Shown in pieces: positions 29,396 to 40,100 of a DNA stretch of 64,000 nt (position 1 is the first letter of the stretch; every line of letters begins with the position of its first letter). The notes below the pieces were generated by a model that worked only from the letters and a program-made list of their open reading frames with translations, was not told the DNA's origin and made no database searches. Origin of the DNA: Alphaproteobacteria bacterium (GTDB taxonomy: Bacteria > Pseudomonadota > Alphaproteobacteria > SP197); contig OZ219920.1 in NCBI GenBank assembly GCA_964291415.2, positions 1,536,001 through 1,600,000 on the forward strand. Reading direction: 5' to 3'. The position numbers were made by a program, and so were the translations under genes.

Positions 29396-30562
29396 ATGAA
29401 GATCGAACGCATCATCGCCCGTCCGCTCAAGCGGGGATCGCCCCTCGACCGGGCAACGTCGCCACGCGCGTCCATTCCGCCCGGGGGAGATGGCGGCAAC
29501 ACGCTGGCCCGCTACCGCGAGTTTTCCGGACGTGCCCGGGACCCGGGAGGCAGCGGCCCGCCGGCGCTGTGCATGGCCATCGCCAGTGACGGCACCTGGG
29601 GCATGGGGGTCACGGATTTCTCCGGGGCAGTCGTGCCCCTGATCAACGAGTACTTCGCCCCCCTGATCGAAGGCGGCAATGCGCTGGCGACCGAACGGTT
29701 GTGGGACCTCATGTTCCGTCATGCCAGCGTTCCCGGCGTGGGCGGTATCGTGAGCTACGCGATCAGCGCCATTGATCTCGCCTTGTGGGATCTCAAGGGT
29801 AAGATCCTGCAGCGCCCGGTCTATGAACTGCTGGGCGGGCCCGCGCACGCGGAAATCTCCTGCTATGCCACCGGCCACGACGTTGCGTGGCTGCTCGAAT
29901 CGGGTTTCGAGGCGGTCAAGCTGCCATGCTTTCTGGGTGAGGCCCAGGGCATCGTGGCTCTCGAGAGGATCGAGGAGAAGGTGGCGCACGCCAGGGAGAT
30001 GCTCGGACCCGAACGCGAGCTGATGCTCGACTGCTGGGTGGCCGGAGACGTGGAGTTCATGGTGAGGCTTGGCGAACGGTTGCGGCCCTATGGCCTGAAG
30101 TGGCTCGAGGACTATCTCTACCCCGAGGACTTCGCCTCATACGAGGAACTGCGCCGGCGTCTGCCCTGGCAGACGCTGGCTACCGGCGAACGCTGGTTCA
30201 CCCATCTCCCCTTCGGCGAGGCAGCGGCGCGCCGCACCGTCGATATCTTCCAGCCCGACGTCCGTTGGGTCGGAGGTGTGACGGCCTGCATCAAGATCGG
30301 TCACATCGCCGAAGGCGCTGGCCTCCAGGTGGCCCTGCACGGCGGTGTCAACGACTCGTTTGGCCAACACCTGTGCCACGCCATGCCCAGCAACATGTGG
30401 GGGGAACTCTACATTGACTCCGCCCCCGGCATTCCCCTGGCGGAAGGCTGGCGCCCCACACCGGGCATGGCCGTCCCGAAAAACGGTCGCCTCGTTCCAC
30501 CGGCCACGCCCGGATTCGGCATCGAGCTCACCCGCGACGAACTCGAGGCCATGTCCGACTGA
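29396..30562 (+). CDS. Enolase-superfamily acid-sugar dehydratase (L-rhamnonate dehydratase-like)
   Basis: AISAIDLALWDLKGK..PVYELLGG, MLDCW, WLED, TGER, QPDV.WVGG. Confidence 0.85.
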   Translation: MKIERIIARPLKRGSPLDRATSPRASIPPGGDGGNTLARYREFSGRARDPGGSGPPALCMAIASDGTWGMGVTDFSGAVVPLINEYFAPLIEGGNALATERLWDLMFRHASVPGVGGIVSYAISAIDLALWDLKGKILQRPVYELLGGPAHAEISCYATGHDVAWLLESGFEAVKLPCFLGEAQGIVALERIEEKVAHAREMLGPERELMLDCWVAGDVEFMVRLGERLRPYGLKWLEDYLYPEDFASYEELRRRLPWQTLATGERWFTHLPFGEAAARRTVDIFQPDVRWVGGVTACIKIGHIAEGAGLQVALHGGVNDSFGQHLCHAMPSNMWGELYIDSAPGIPLAEGWRPTPGMAVPKNGRLVPPATPGFGIELTRDELEAMSD

Positions 30563-30897
30563 CACATCACGGCACGTCCGCGGCAGCGGGACGGGCACAT
30601 GGAGGAATCCGCACGGCACTGCAAGGGGGGCGCATGATGTCATTTGCGGCGACTTTCGTGATCGTGACGGCTGCGCGGTCCGAGGCGCCACGGAACCGCG
30701 ACATCACTAGCGCGAACGGCGGCACGTTTGCAGGTCGAGGTCATGTGGGCAGCAGCCGGCGCACCTGGAATGACATGGCATCATCCTGCTTGACGTCAAT
30801 GGCGACGTTGCTAACCTGACACCGAAATGCGGGCGTCTCGCATGAAAGTCCGGCGTCGTCGGACCCAATCGCCTCAACCCTGTTGGAGATCGAACAC

Positions 30898-31128
30898 ATG
30901 GCATCCACCAAAGACCGCATCAGGCAGATCATCGCTGACAATCTCGATGTTGGCCGTGAACCCGACTTCGACGCGAAACTCGTCGACTCCGGCGTTTCGT
31001 CGGTCGACTGCATCGCCTTTTTCAAGATCGTGAACGATGAGTTCGGTCTGGGACTGGTCGCCGAAGAGTGCCGGCAGTTCGAGACCCTGAATCAGCTGGT
31101 TCAGCACATCGATCAGAAGGCGGCGTAA
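30898..31128 (+). CDS. Free-standing acyl carrier protein of the sup cluster
   Basis: 76 aa, acidic; LVDSGVSSVD (variant of GxDS); EFG..ETLNQLV; GGAG RBS. Confidence 0.8.
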   Translation: MASTKDRIRQIIADNLDVGREPDFDAKLVDSGVSSVDCIAFFKIVNDEFGLGLVAEECRQFETLNQLVQHIDQKAA

Positions 31129-31517
31129 CAACAAACCCGCACCGGCTGCCGGCGGGAAATTGCCGGAAGCGAACCGGGGCCGGCTGACGCCGGCCTCGTC
31201 GTGTTTGTTGGCGGGCTGCAAAGAGGCACGCGGCGCCCTGGGACGTCTTGTCCTGCTGGTTATCGGGATCGACGATTCCGGGTGCCGCGGATGGCCGTGC
31301 ATCGTCCTCAATCGCGCAAATTCCCCTGATCATCCTCGCTGGTTTACGAAGGTCCGCCCATGCACTGGAGCATTGGGACCGTCACCGGACACTCGACGGA
31401 TGAGGCTCCATGGACCGATTTCCCCTGCCGGGAAGGGCGGAGTCGTGCTTCGTGGATTTGAATGAGACCGAGTTTGCACGATAGAGTTCCTCGTCTGCCG
31501 ATCGAGGACTCCCAGCC

Positions 31518-32222
31518 ATGGCCCCGACGGAGAACACATGGTGGACTCCCTGGCGCGAGGTTGATGGCGCGATCGTCCTCCATGTCGATCTGGCGCCGGA
31601 CGCCGAACGCGAAGCGTGTGCCGACTCGGTGCTTGACGACAGCGAGAAGGCGCGCAGCCGCCGCTTTCGCTCCGTGCGCGCCCGACGCGAGTTCGTGCTG
31701 TGCCGGGCGGCGCTTCGAATCAACCTCGCCGAACGCCTGGGTTGCTCCTGGGGACGGCTTTCCTTCGGCTTCCTGGAACACGGCAAGCCTTACGTCAGGC
31801 TCGCCGCCCGATCTGTGGACATCTCGTTCAACGTCAGTCACAGCGGCGGACACGGCCTGATCGCGATCACCAATGAGGCGTGTGTCGGCGTCGACGTGGA
31901 GGAACGCGCGCCGCGGCGCGATCTCGATGGCATCGGCAGCCTGGTGTACGGTCCCGAGGAACGGCGGCTGCTGGGAACTGCGTCGGGTCGCGCGAAGGTG
32001 CAGATCTTCTATCGCCTGTGGAGCATGAAGGAAGCACTGATCAAGGCGATCGGCACCGGGTTCTCCCTGAGTCCGTCGGGATTCGAGGTTCCCCGACCGA
32101 TGCTGCAGGGAGAGCGATCCGGAACCTTCCGCTTTCCGCATCTGCCTTCACAGACGTGGCGAATCCTGGATCTGGGAGAGCCGAGATTCGCCGCCGCACT
32201 TGCCTACCGGCTATCGTCATGA
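31518..32222 (+). CDS. Sfp-type 4'-phosphopantetheinyl transferase
   Basis: HGKP, FNVSHS, VGVDVE, WSMKEALIKAIG. Confidence 0.92.
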   Translation: MAPTENTWWTPWREVDGAIVLHVDLAPDAEREACADSVLDDSEKARSRRFRSVRARREFVLCRAALRINLAERLGCSWGRLSFGFLEHGKPYVRLAARSVDISFNVSHSGGHGLIAITNEACVGVDVEERAPRRDLDGIGSLVYGPEERRLLGTASGRAKVQIFYRLWSMKEALIKAIGTGFSLSPSGFEVPRPMLQGERSGTFRFPHLPSQTWRILDLGEPRFAAALAYRLSS

Positions 32223-32361
32223 CCAGGATCGATCCCGGACGTGAATCGCCCGAGGAGAGAGCCCCGCGAGTGACCACCCTGGCTGGAGCCCGCCTTCCTC
32301 CGGGTGCGGTCGTTCTCCCACCATGCCACACGATTGCCGGCCTTGCACACCAACGGACGTC

Positions 32362-34122
32362 ATGAGCGCCAGTGGACGCAAGGGCCTGCGCTACGAGCCC
32401 CACGAAAAGCCGCCGCCGGCACTCTCCTTCGGCCTGGGCCTGCAGATCGTCGTTCTTTCCATCGCCGGCATCATCCTGGTGCCAACCATCGTGATGCGGG
32501 CGGGCGGCGCCGGCGAGAGCTACCTTGCGTGGGCGGTGTTCGCGACCGTCGCGATCTGCGGCGCGACCACGATCCTGCACGCGATCCGGGTCTGGCGGAT
32601 CGGCACCGGCTACCTGATCGTGATGGGACCCAGCGGGGCCTTCATCGCGATCTGCGCTGCCGCCATCGCTGAGGGCGGCCCGGCCCTGCTGGCGACCCTG
32701 GTGGTCGTCTCGTCCGTGCTGCCGCTCCTGCTCGCGGCGCGGCTGCCGCTGTTCCAGCGGCTGCTGACGCCGACAGTCTCGGCAACGGTGCTGATGCTGG
32801 TCCCGGTCACGGTGATGCCGGCCGTGTTCGGCCTCCTCGCCGCCGTGCCGGAAGACTCCTCCGGCGCGGCGGCGGCGCTGAGCGCGCTTGCGGCACTCGT
32901 CGTCATCGCCGGCGTCGCGCTGAAGGCGACGGGCGCGCTGCGGCTGTGGGCGCCCATCATGGGCGTGGTCGCGGGCTCCGCCGTCGGCGCCGCGTTCGGC
33001 CTCTACGATGTGGACCGCGTCCTCGCCGCACCGTGGTTCGGCGTGCCGACGGGCGAGTGGGCGGGCTTCGATCTCGAATTCGGTGCGGCATTCTGGGCGC
33101 TTCTGCCGGCTTTCGTGCTCGTGACCGTCATCGCCTCCATCCGCACGATCAGCGGCGCCGTCGCCATCCAGCGGATCTCGTGGCGACGGCCCAGGGTGGT
33201 GGATTTCCGTCCGGTGCAAGGTGCGGTGATGGTGGACGGTCTGGGCAATCTCGCCGCCGGTCTCGCCGGCACGGCGCCCAACGCGGCCACGACTGTCGGC
33301 GCATCGGTGACCGAGCTGACGGGCGTTGCCGCGCGACGCGTCGGCATCGCCACCGGCGCGATCTTCATCGCGATCGCGTTCCTGCCCAAGTTGCTTGCCG
33401 TGGTGCTGGCGATACCGGGCCCGGTGGTCGCGGCCTATCTCGGGGTACTGCTGGCGATGATCTTCATCGTCGGCATGCACATCGCGATGCAGGACGGAAT
33501 CGACTACCGCAAGGGTCTGATCATCGGCGTCTCGTTCTGGATCGGCATCGGTTTCCAGTACGACATGATCTTTCCCGAACAGGTCTCCGAATTCGCCGGC
33601 GGCCTTCTTCGCAGCGGGGTCACGACCGGCGGTATCGCGGCCATCCTGATGACCATCTTCGTGGAGATGACGGGAGCGCGCCGCAGCCGGATCGAGATGG
33701 CGTTCGATCTCTCCGTCCTCCCGCTGATCAGGAAGTTCCTGGGCGAATTCACCGCCCGGAACGGGTGGGACGAGGCGATGGCCGAACGGCTGGACGCCGC
33801 CTGCGAGGAGACGCTGCTCACGCTCGTCCGGCGTGACGGGGAATCCGGGGAGAAGCCTCGAAAGCGGCGCCTGCGCCTGGCCGCCCGCCGCGAAGGCGAC
33901 GAGGCGGTGCTCGAGTTCGTTGCCGCCGCCCAGGACGACAACATCCAGGACCGGCTGGCGCTGATCGGCGACGAGCCCGACGGGATTCCGGCGGAACGCG
34001 AGATGTCGCTGCGGCTGCTGCGCCAGCTGGCGTCCTCCGTGCGTCACCAGCAGTTTCACGGAGTCGATATCGTGACCGTTCGCGTTGCCGCGCCAGCGTC
34101 CACGACAGACGAGAAGAAATGA
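32362..34122 (+). CDS. NCS2 (xanthine/uracil)-like permease with C-terminal soluble domain, sup cluster
   Basis: LRYEPHEKPP..GLQ, TP.VSATV, DGLGN, TGVAAR, PK....IPGPV; about 140 aa soluble tail. Confidence 0.85.
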   Translation: MSASGRKGLRYEPHEKPPPALSFGLGLQIVVLSIAGIILVPTIVMRAGGAGESYLAWAVFATVAICGATTILHAIRVWRIGTGYLIVMGPSGAFIAICAAAIAEGGPALLATLVVVSSVLPLLLAARLPLFQRLLTPTVSATVLMLVPVTVMPAVFGLLAAVPEDSSGAAAALSALAALVVIAGVALKATGALRLWAPIMGVVAGSAVGAAFGLYDVDRVLAAPWFGVPTGEWAGFDLEFGAAFWALLPAFVLVTVIASIRTISGAVAIQRISWRRPRVVDFRPVQGAVMVDGLGNLAAGLAGTAPNAATTVGASVTELTGVAARRVGIATGAIFIAIAFLPKLLAVVLAIPGPVVAAYLGVLLAMIFIVGMHIAMQDGIDYRKGLIIGVSFWIGIGFQYDMIFPEQVSEFAGGLLRSGVTTGGIAAILMTIFVEMTGARRSRIEMAFDLSVLPLIRKFLGEFTARNGWDEAMAERLDAACEETLLTLVRRDGESGEKPRKRRLRLAARREGDEAVLEFVAAAQDDNIQDRLALIGDEPDGIPAEREMSLRLLRQLASSVRHQQFHGVDIVTVRVAAPASTTDEKK

Positions 34123-34185
34123 GGTTCTCGTACCACCGCAAGGTCCCCGGCAGCAGCCTATACACGCCTGCGCAACTGCGCGAAC

Positions 34186-37100
34186 ATGACGGTTATCGCC
34201 CCTCGGAGTACTGCGATGAATGAACTGGACCAACCGGACAACGGACACCGCGTGGGAGGACGCTCCTCTTCCGGCGACGCCATAGCGATCGTCGGCATGG
34301 CCTGCCGCTTTCCGGGCGCGCCGAGCCTTCCCGAATTCTGGAATCTCATGGAGCGCGGCGGGAATGCGGTCAGCGAGGGCGAGCCCGGTTCCGGTGCGGG
34401 ACGCCTGGGCGAGATGTTCCCCGACGCCGCCGCACGCGGCGCGGCATGCCGGTTCGGGGCCTTCGTCGACGACATCGACCGCTTCGACGCGGCGTTCTTC
34501 CGAATCTCTCCGGTGGAAGCGCAGCTTCTCGATCCGCAGCAACGCATGATGCTCGAGACGAGCTGGCATGCGCTCGAGGACGCAGGCATCGATCCGGACT
34601 GCCTCAAGGGCACCCGAACCGGCGTCTACACCGGTATCAGCACTGACGAGTATCGCATGCTGGTCCTCGACTCCGCCCGGCCTTCGGAGGCGGCGGGGTG
34701 TCTCTACGCCCTCAGCGGCACGAACATGAATGGCGCCGCGGGACGAATCTCCTTCGTGCTCGGTCTGATGGGGCCGGCCAAGGCCGTGGATGCGGCCTGC
34801 GCCTCGTCCCTGGTCTCCATTCACGATGCGGTGGCGGATCTCCAGCAGGGCAAGGCGGATCTCGCCCTCGCGGGAGGCGTCCACACCATGCTGAACGGCC
34901 GCGTGTACGAACTCCGTGCGGATTCCATGATGTTGTCGCCGGATGGCCAGTGCAAGGCCTTCGACGCGTCCGCCAACGGCTACGTGCGCGGCGAAGGGTG
35001 CGGGGTCGTGGTGTTGAAACGCCTGAGCGAAGCGGAAGCAGACGGCGACCGTATCTGGGCGGTGATTCGCGGTGCCGCGGTCAACCACGGCGGGGCCAGC
35101 GCGGGATTGACGGTGCCCAACATTCCGGCGCTCGAGCAGGTCATCGAAGCTGCTCTCTTCCGGGCGGACCTTTCGCCGGCGAAAGTGGACTATCTCGAGG
35201 CACACGGAACCGGCACCACGGTGGGGGATCCCATCGAGATGACCGCTGCGGTCACGGTCTACGGGCGGGAGCGTGACGCCGATCATCCGTTGCTCGTCGG
35301 CTCCGTCAAGACCAACATCGGTCACCTCGAGGCCGCGGCCGGGGTGGCCGGGCTCATCAAGGCGGCTATGGTCGTGAAGTCCGGCTTGATTCCGAAGCAT
35401 CTGCACTTCAGGGATCCCAATCCGGGCCTCGACTGGGACCGCCTGCCGGTACGGATCACCACCGAGACCATGGAATGGCCCTGCCATGGCGAGCAGCCAC
35501 GGCGGGCGGGCGTGAATTCCTTCGGGATTTCCGGCACGAACGCCCACATCGTGCTGGAGGAGTATCGCTCTTCTCACTCCGGATCGACCGCGGAACTTCG
35601 GCCCGTTGGCTCCCCCCGCAAGGTGTCGATTGCGCTACCGGTTGCGTCAGGCGTTTCATCGCCTCCGGACGAGGAAGCGGTGCACCGCATCTCCCGCGTG
35701 CTGCCGCTCTCCGGGAAGACAACGTCCGCGCTCCGGGATCTCGCCCGACGTTATCTTCAGTGGCTCGACGAAGGCCTCGGCGCATCGTCTCAAGCCGGTG
35801 CCGAACCGGAATCGCTGCTGTCCGACATGGCGTGGACCGCAAGCACAGGCCGGAGCCATTTCGACTGCCGACGCGGTGTCGTGTTCCACGATGCCCGCTC
35901 CCTGCGAAAGCGGCTGGAGGAAGTCGCTGACTCGGCTGACGAGGCTACGACGCGGGGCCGGACAGCCCGGATCGCATTCGCCTATACCGGCCAGGGAAGC
36001 CAGTGGGCGGGCATGGGACGGGACCTCTACGAGCGGGAGCCGGTGGCACGGGCGGTGCTGGACCGCTGCGAGGCGGTGTTCCTGGAGCGAAGGGGCACCT
36101 CCCTTCTCGACGTGATGTTCGGGCGCGGCGATGCCTCGGGGGATCTGGGCGACACAGCCTGGGAGCAGCCAGCTCTCTACGCGCTCGAGTGCGCGCTCAC
36201 CGCGCTGTGGTCGAGCGTGGGTGTCCGGCCCTGCGCTGTGGTCGGACACAGTGCCGGTGAACTGGCTGCGGCCCAAGCGGCGGGAGTGTTCAGCCTCGAG
36301 GACGGAATGCACTTCTCGCAGGCACGCGGCACGGCGCTGTCGGGCACCAGCCCCGGTGCCATGGCCGCCGTCTTCGCGCCCCCGGCACGCGTGGAGTCCG
36401 CCGTGGAAACCCTGAACCGGCAGTTTGGCAGCGTTGGGCTGAGCGTTTCGGCGGACAATGGCCTCCACCAGGTGGTCAGCGGTCCCGTTGAAGCGATCGA
36501 GGCCATCACGGCGCAGCTGAAGTCCGAGGGAGTCCGGGTCCAGCGCCTGAACACAACCCGCGCCTTTCATAGCGCCCTCGTGGAACCGGCCCTCGACACC
36601 CTGGAGGCAGCGCTCAACGACGTGGCAATCAGCCCGCCTTGCATCGATGTGATCAGCAACCTGACCGGCCGCGTCGTCGAGCCCGGCACGACACTGGACG
36701 GCGCCTACTGGAGGCGTCACGCGCGGGAGCGGGTATCCTTCGGCGGCGCGGTGCGGACCCTGGCCGACCTCGGAGTGGATCTCGTCATAGAGATCGGACC
36801 CCGTTCGCTTCTGGCTCCGCTGGCGGTTTCGGCATGGCCCGATTCGGCGCCGCCGCCCCGGGTCATTGCGAGCATGGGCCTGCCGGATGAGGAGAAAACC
36901 ACTCCCGGATCGGCGAGGGTGTTCGCGGACGCGGTCGCGGAGGCCTACGAGGCGGGGCTGTCGATCCGCTTCCAGGGGCTGTTCGCGGGCGAGTCCCGAC
37001 GGCGGATCCCGATACCCGACTATCCTTTCCAGAGAGAACGTTTCTGGCTGGAGGCATCGAAACGGCGTCGCCGCGCGGCCGGTCATCCACTGCTCGGAGT

Positions 37101-40100
37101 CCGGCATGCTTCCGCCAGCGGTGAGATCTCCTATGAGACGGACGTGTCCGCCAGCGAACCGGCCTGGCTCGCCGATCATCGCGTGTACGGCCAGGTCGTG
37201 GCGCCCGGAGCGCTCTACGGCGCGATGGCGGCGTCGGCGTCTCTTGCCGAAGGCAGCGAACGCGTCGCGCTGGGGGACATCCAACTGCATAACGCGCTCG
37301 TGATGTCCGATGAGGGGGAAGACGACGCAGAGCAGAAGGGCATCCGGGCCATGCAGGTTCTGCTCGGCGCTCCCGAACCGGGGATGACGCGCCGAGTTCA
37401 GGTGTTCAGCAGAGGCGGTGACGATGAGTGGACTCTCCACATGGAGGGACGTACGACGAACGCTCCCTCTGTCGAGGGCGGAACGCGGGTCGATCTGGAA
37501 AGCCTGATTTCAGGCCTTTCACCGCTGGACACGACGACCTACTACCGGGCACGGGCGGAAACCGGAATTGACCTGGGTCCGTCGTTCCGCACCCTTCAAA
37601 GAACCTGGTGCGGCCCCGGGGAGGCTCTGGGAGAGGTGTCGCTTCCGGAAGCCTCAGGCAGCAACGAGGTCGACATTCATCCGCTCCTTCTGGACGGCTG
37701 CTTCCAGGTCGTGGGCGCGGCGCGCGGACTCGGCGGAACCCAGGGCCAGACCACCTATCTTCCCTTCGCCTGGGAGCGCTTCTGGCTCAACGGGAAACTT
37801 CCCGAAAGAGTGTTCTGCCACGTGCGCATGAAAGCGGCGGAGCAGGTGTCGGAATCGAGCGATCCTCCGGAAGTCCAGAGCGGAAACCTGTGCATCTATG
37901 ATCCGGACGGAGTCCAGATCGGTGGACTGAGCGACTACGCCGTCAAGCGGGCGACGAAGGAGGCGCTTCTCTCGTCGGTCGCAGGCATCGACGACCTTCT
38001 CTATGAAGTGACGTGGCAGGAACGCGCCCTGCCGCCCGGCGTTCAGTCCGCCGACTTCTTTCCTGAACCTGCCGAGGCCAAGGCCCGTGCCCGGCTTCTT
38101 CCCGACTACCTGCGCGATGCCGGGGTGGAGCCACAGAGCAGAAACGCCCTGCTCGCAGATCTGGAGAGCTGGTCGCATGCCTACGCGATCGCAAACCTGG
38201 ATCGGCTGGGATGGGTTCGAACGGTTGGGGAGAGCGTAAGGCCCGAGGAACTGCGAGAGACGCTGAACGTCGCTCCGGAACACGAACGACTCTTCCGCCG
38301 GATGCTCGAGATGGCGGCCCGGGCGGGGGTGCTGGCGGAGGATGGCGACGCCTTTGTGGTGCGCTCGGGAACCGGGGATGCCTGGCCGGCGGCTATCCCT
38401 GAGGATCCGGAGAGCCATGCCGAAGAGATGGCGGCACGCTATCCCCATGGACTGACCGAGATCGGGTTGTTCCGTCGCTCGGGCGGTGCTCTCGCTGACG
38501 TGCTTGTGGGCAAGAACGATCCTCTGACACTCCTATTCAGCAGCGGTGAACCGACCGCGGCCGACCTCTACCTGCGCGCCCCGGTGGCGCGCGCGGCAAA
38601 CCAGATGCTGAGCGAAGCGGTCCGCACGCTCGTGGCCGCGCTGCCGCCGGGACGGCGACTGCGGTTGATCGAGATTGGAGCGGGCACCGGATCCGCCACC
38701 GCCGCCGTGCTTCCGGAACTCCCCGAAGGGCGTTTCGACTACATGTACACCGATATCTCGGCAGGCTTCTTCTCGGAAGCCGAAGCTCGCTTCGGCGATG
38801 GTGGCGGATGCATCGAGTACCGTCCGCTCGATATCGAGAAGGACCCCATCGAACAGGGCTTCGATCTCCACGGATACGACATCGCCATAGCATCCAACGT
38901 GCTGCATGCCACACGCTATCTGGAGGAGACGCTGGCGCACTGCCGCAAGCTGCTGGCGCCATCGGGGCACCTGGTTGCGCTCGAGAACCTGCGCGGTCTG
39001 GGCTGGATGGATCTCACGTTCGGACAGCTTGATGGCTGGTGGCGTTTTGCCGACGACTTCCGTCCCCATCACGCCCTCGCCAGTCCCGCGGTGTGGCGGC
39101 GGGCGCTCGGCAACACCGGTTTTGAGGCCGTCGAAGTGCTCGGAGTGGACGAGTCCGACCCGCCGGAGACCATGGACAAGGGCGTGATTGTGGCGAAAGG
39201 CCCGGCGCGGGTAGAGGAGTCGCCGGGAACCTGGGTCCTCAGCGCGAACGAAGGCGGCCTCGCAGAAGAGATCGCCGCAGACCTGGCGGCGCGGAACCAG
39301 ACTGTCCTTCTCGCCGGAGCCCCGCCTCTTGGAGACGAAAAGCCGGTTTCCTCCGAGCCGGGCGTGCGCACGGTGTCGGTCGATGCAGATCAGCGGAACT
39401 CGTGGCGAGCGCTCCTGGAAGGACTGCCCCGTGACATTCCCTTCAAGGGCGTGGTGCATTGTGCGGGACTGGACGGTCGCGGCGCCGAGGCGACCACGGT
39501 GGAACTCATGGAGGACGTGCGGCGCGCAGGGGCCAGCGCCCTGGCCCTGATCCAGGGAGTGTCCGATTCGGACCGGACACCAGAATTGGGCGTGTGGTTC
39601 CTCACCCGCGGGGCGCAAGTCCTTGAGCGCGAGCGCGGCGGATCGATCGCCGGCGCGGTTCTGTGGGGATTCGGCAAGGCGGTGGACCGGGAGGCGGCGC
39701 ACTTCAGTCCAAGGATGATCGATCTGGACCCGACATCCATGGCGCCGGCGCCCGACCTCGTCAATGAGTTGCTGTATCCGGACCCTGAGAACCACATCGC
39801 ATACCGACTGGGGCGCCGTCAGGTGGCCCGGCTCGTCCGGGCGGGTGACGGGCAGACGCGCTTGACCCTGCCGGAACAGGCCGAGTGGGTTCTGGCTCCG
39901 GACCTGGACGGCACATTCGATCGTCCGTCGGTGCAGCCGCTTCCGGCGCGCGCCCTCGAAGCGCAGGAAGTGCGCGTTGGCGTGGACGCAGCCGGACTCA
40001 ATTTCTGGGACGTGTTCCGGTCGCTCGGATTCATCCAGGAGGGACTGCTGGGCAGGGAAATGTGCGGCCGCATTCTCGAGAAGGGTTCCGACGTGTGCAG

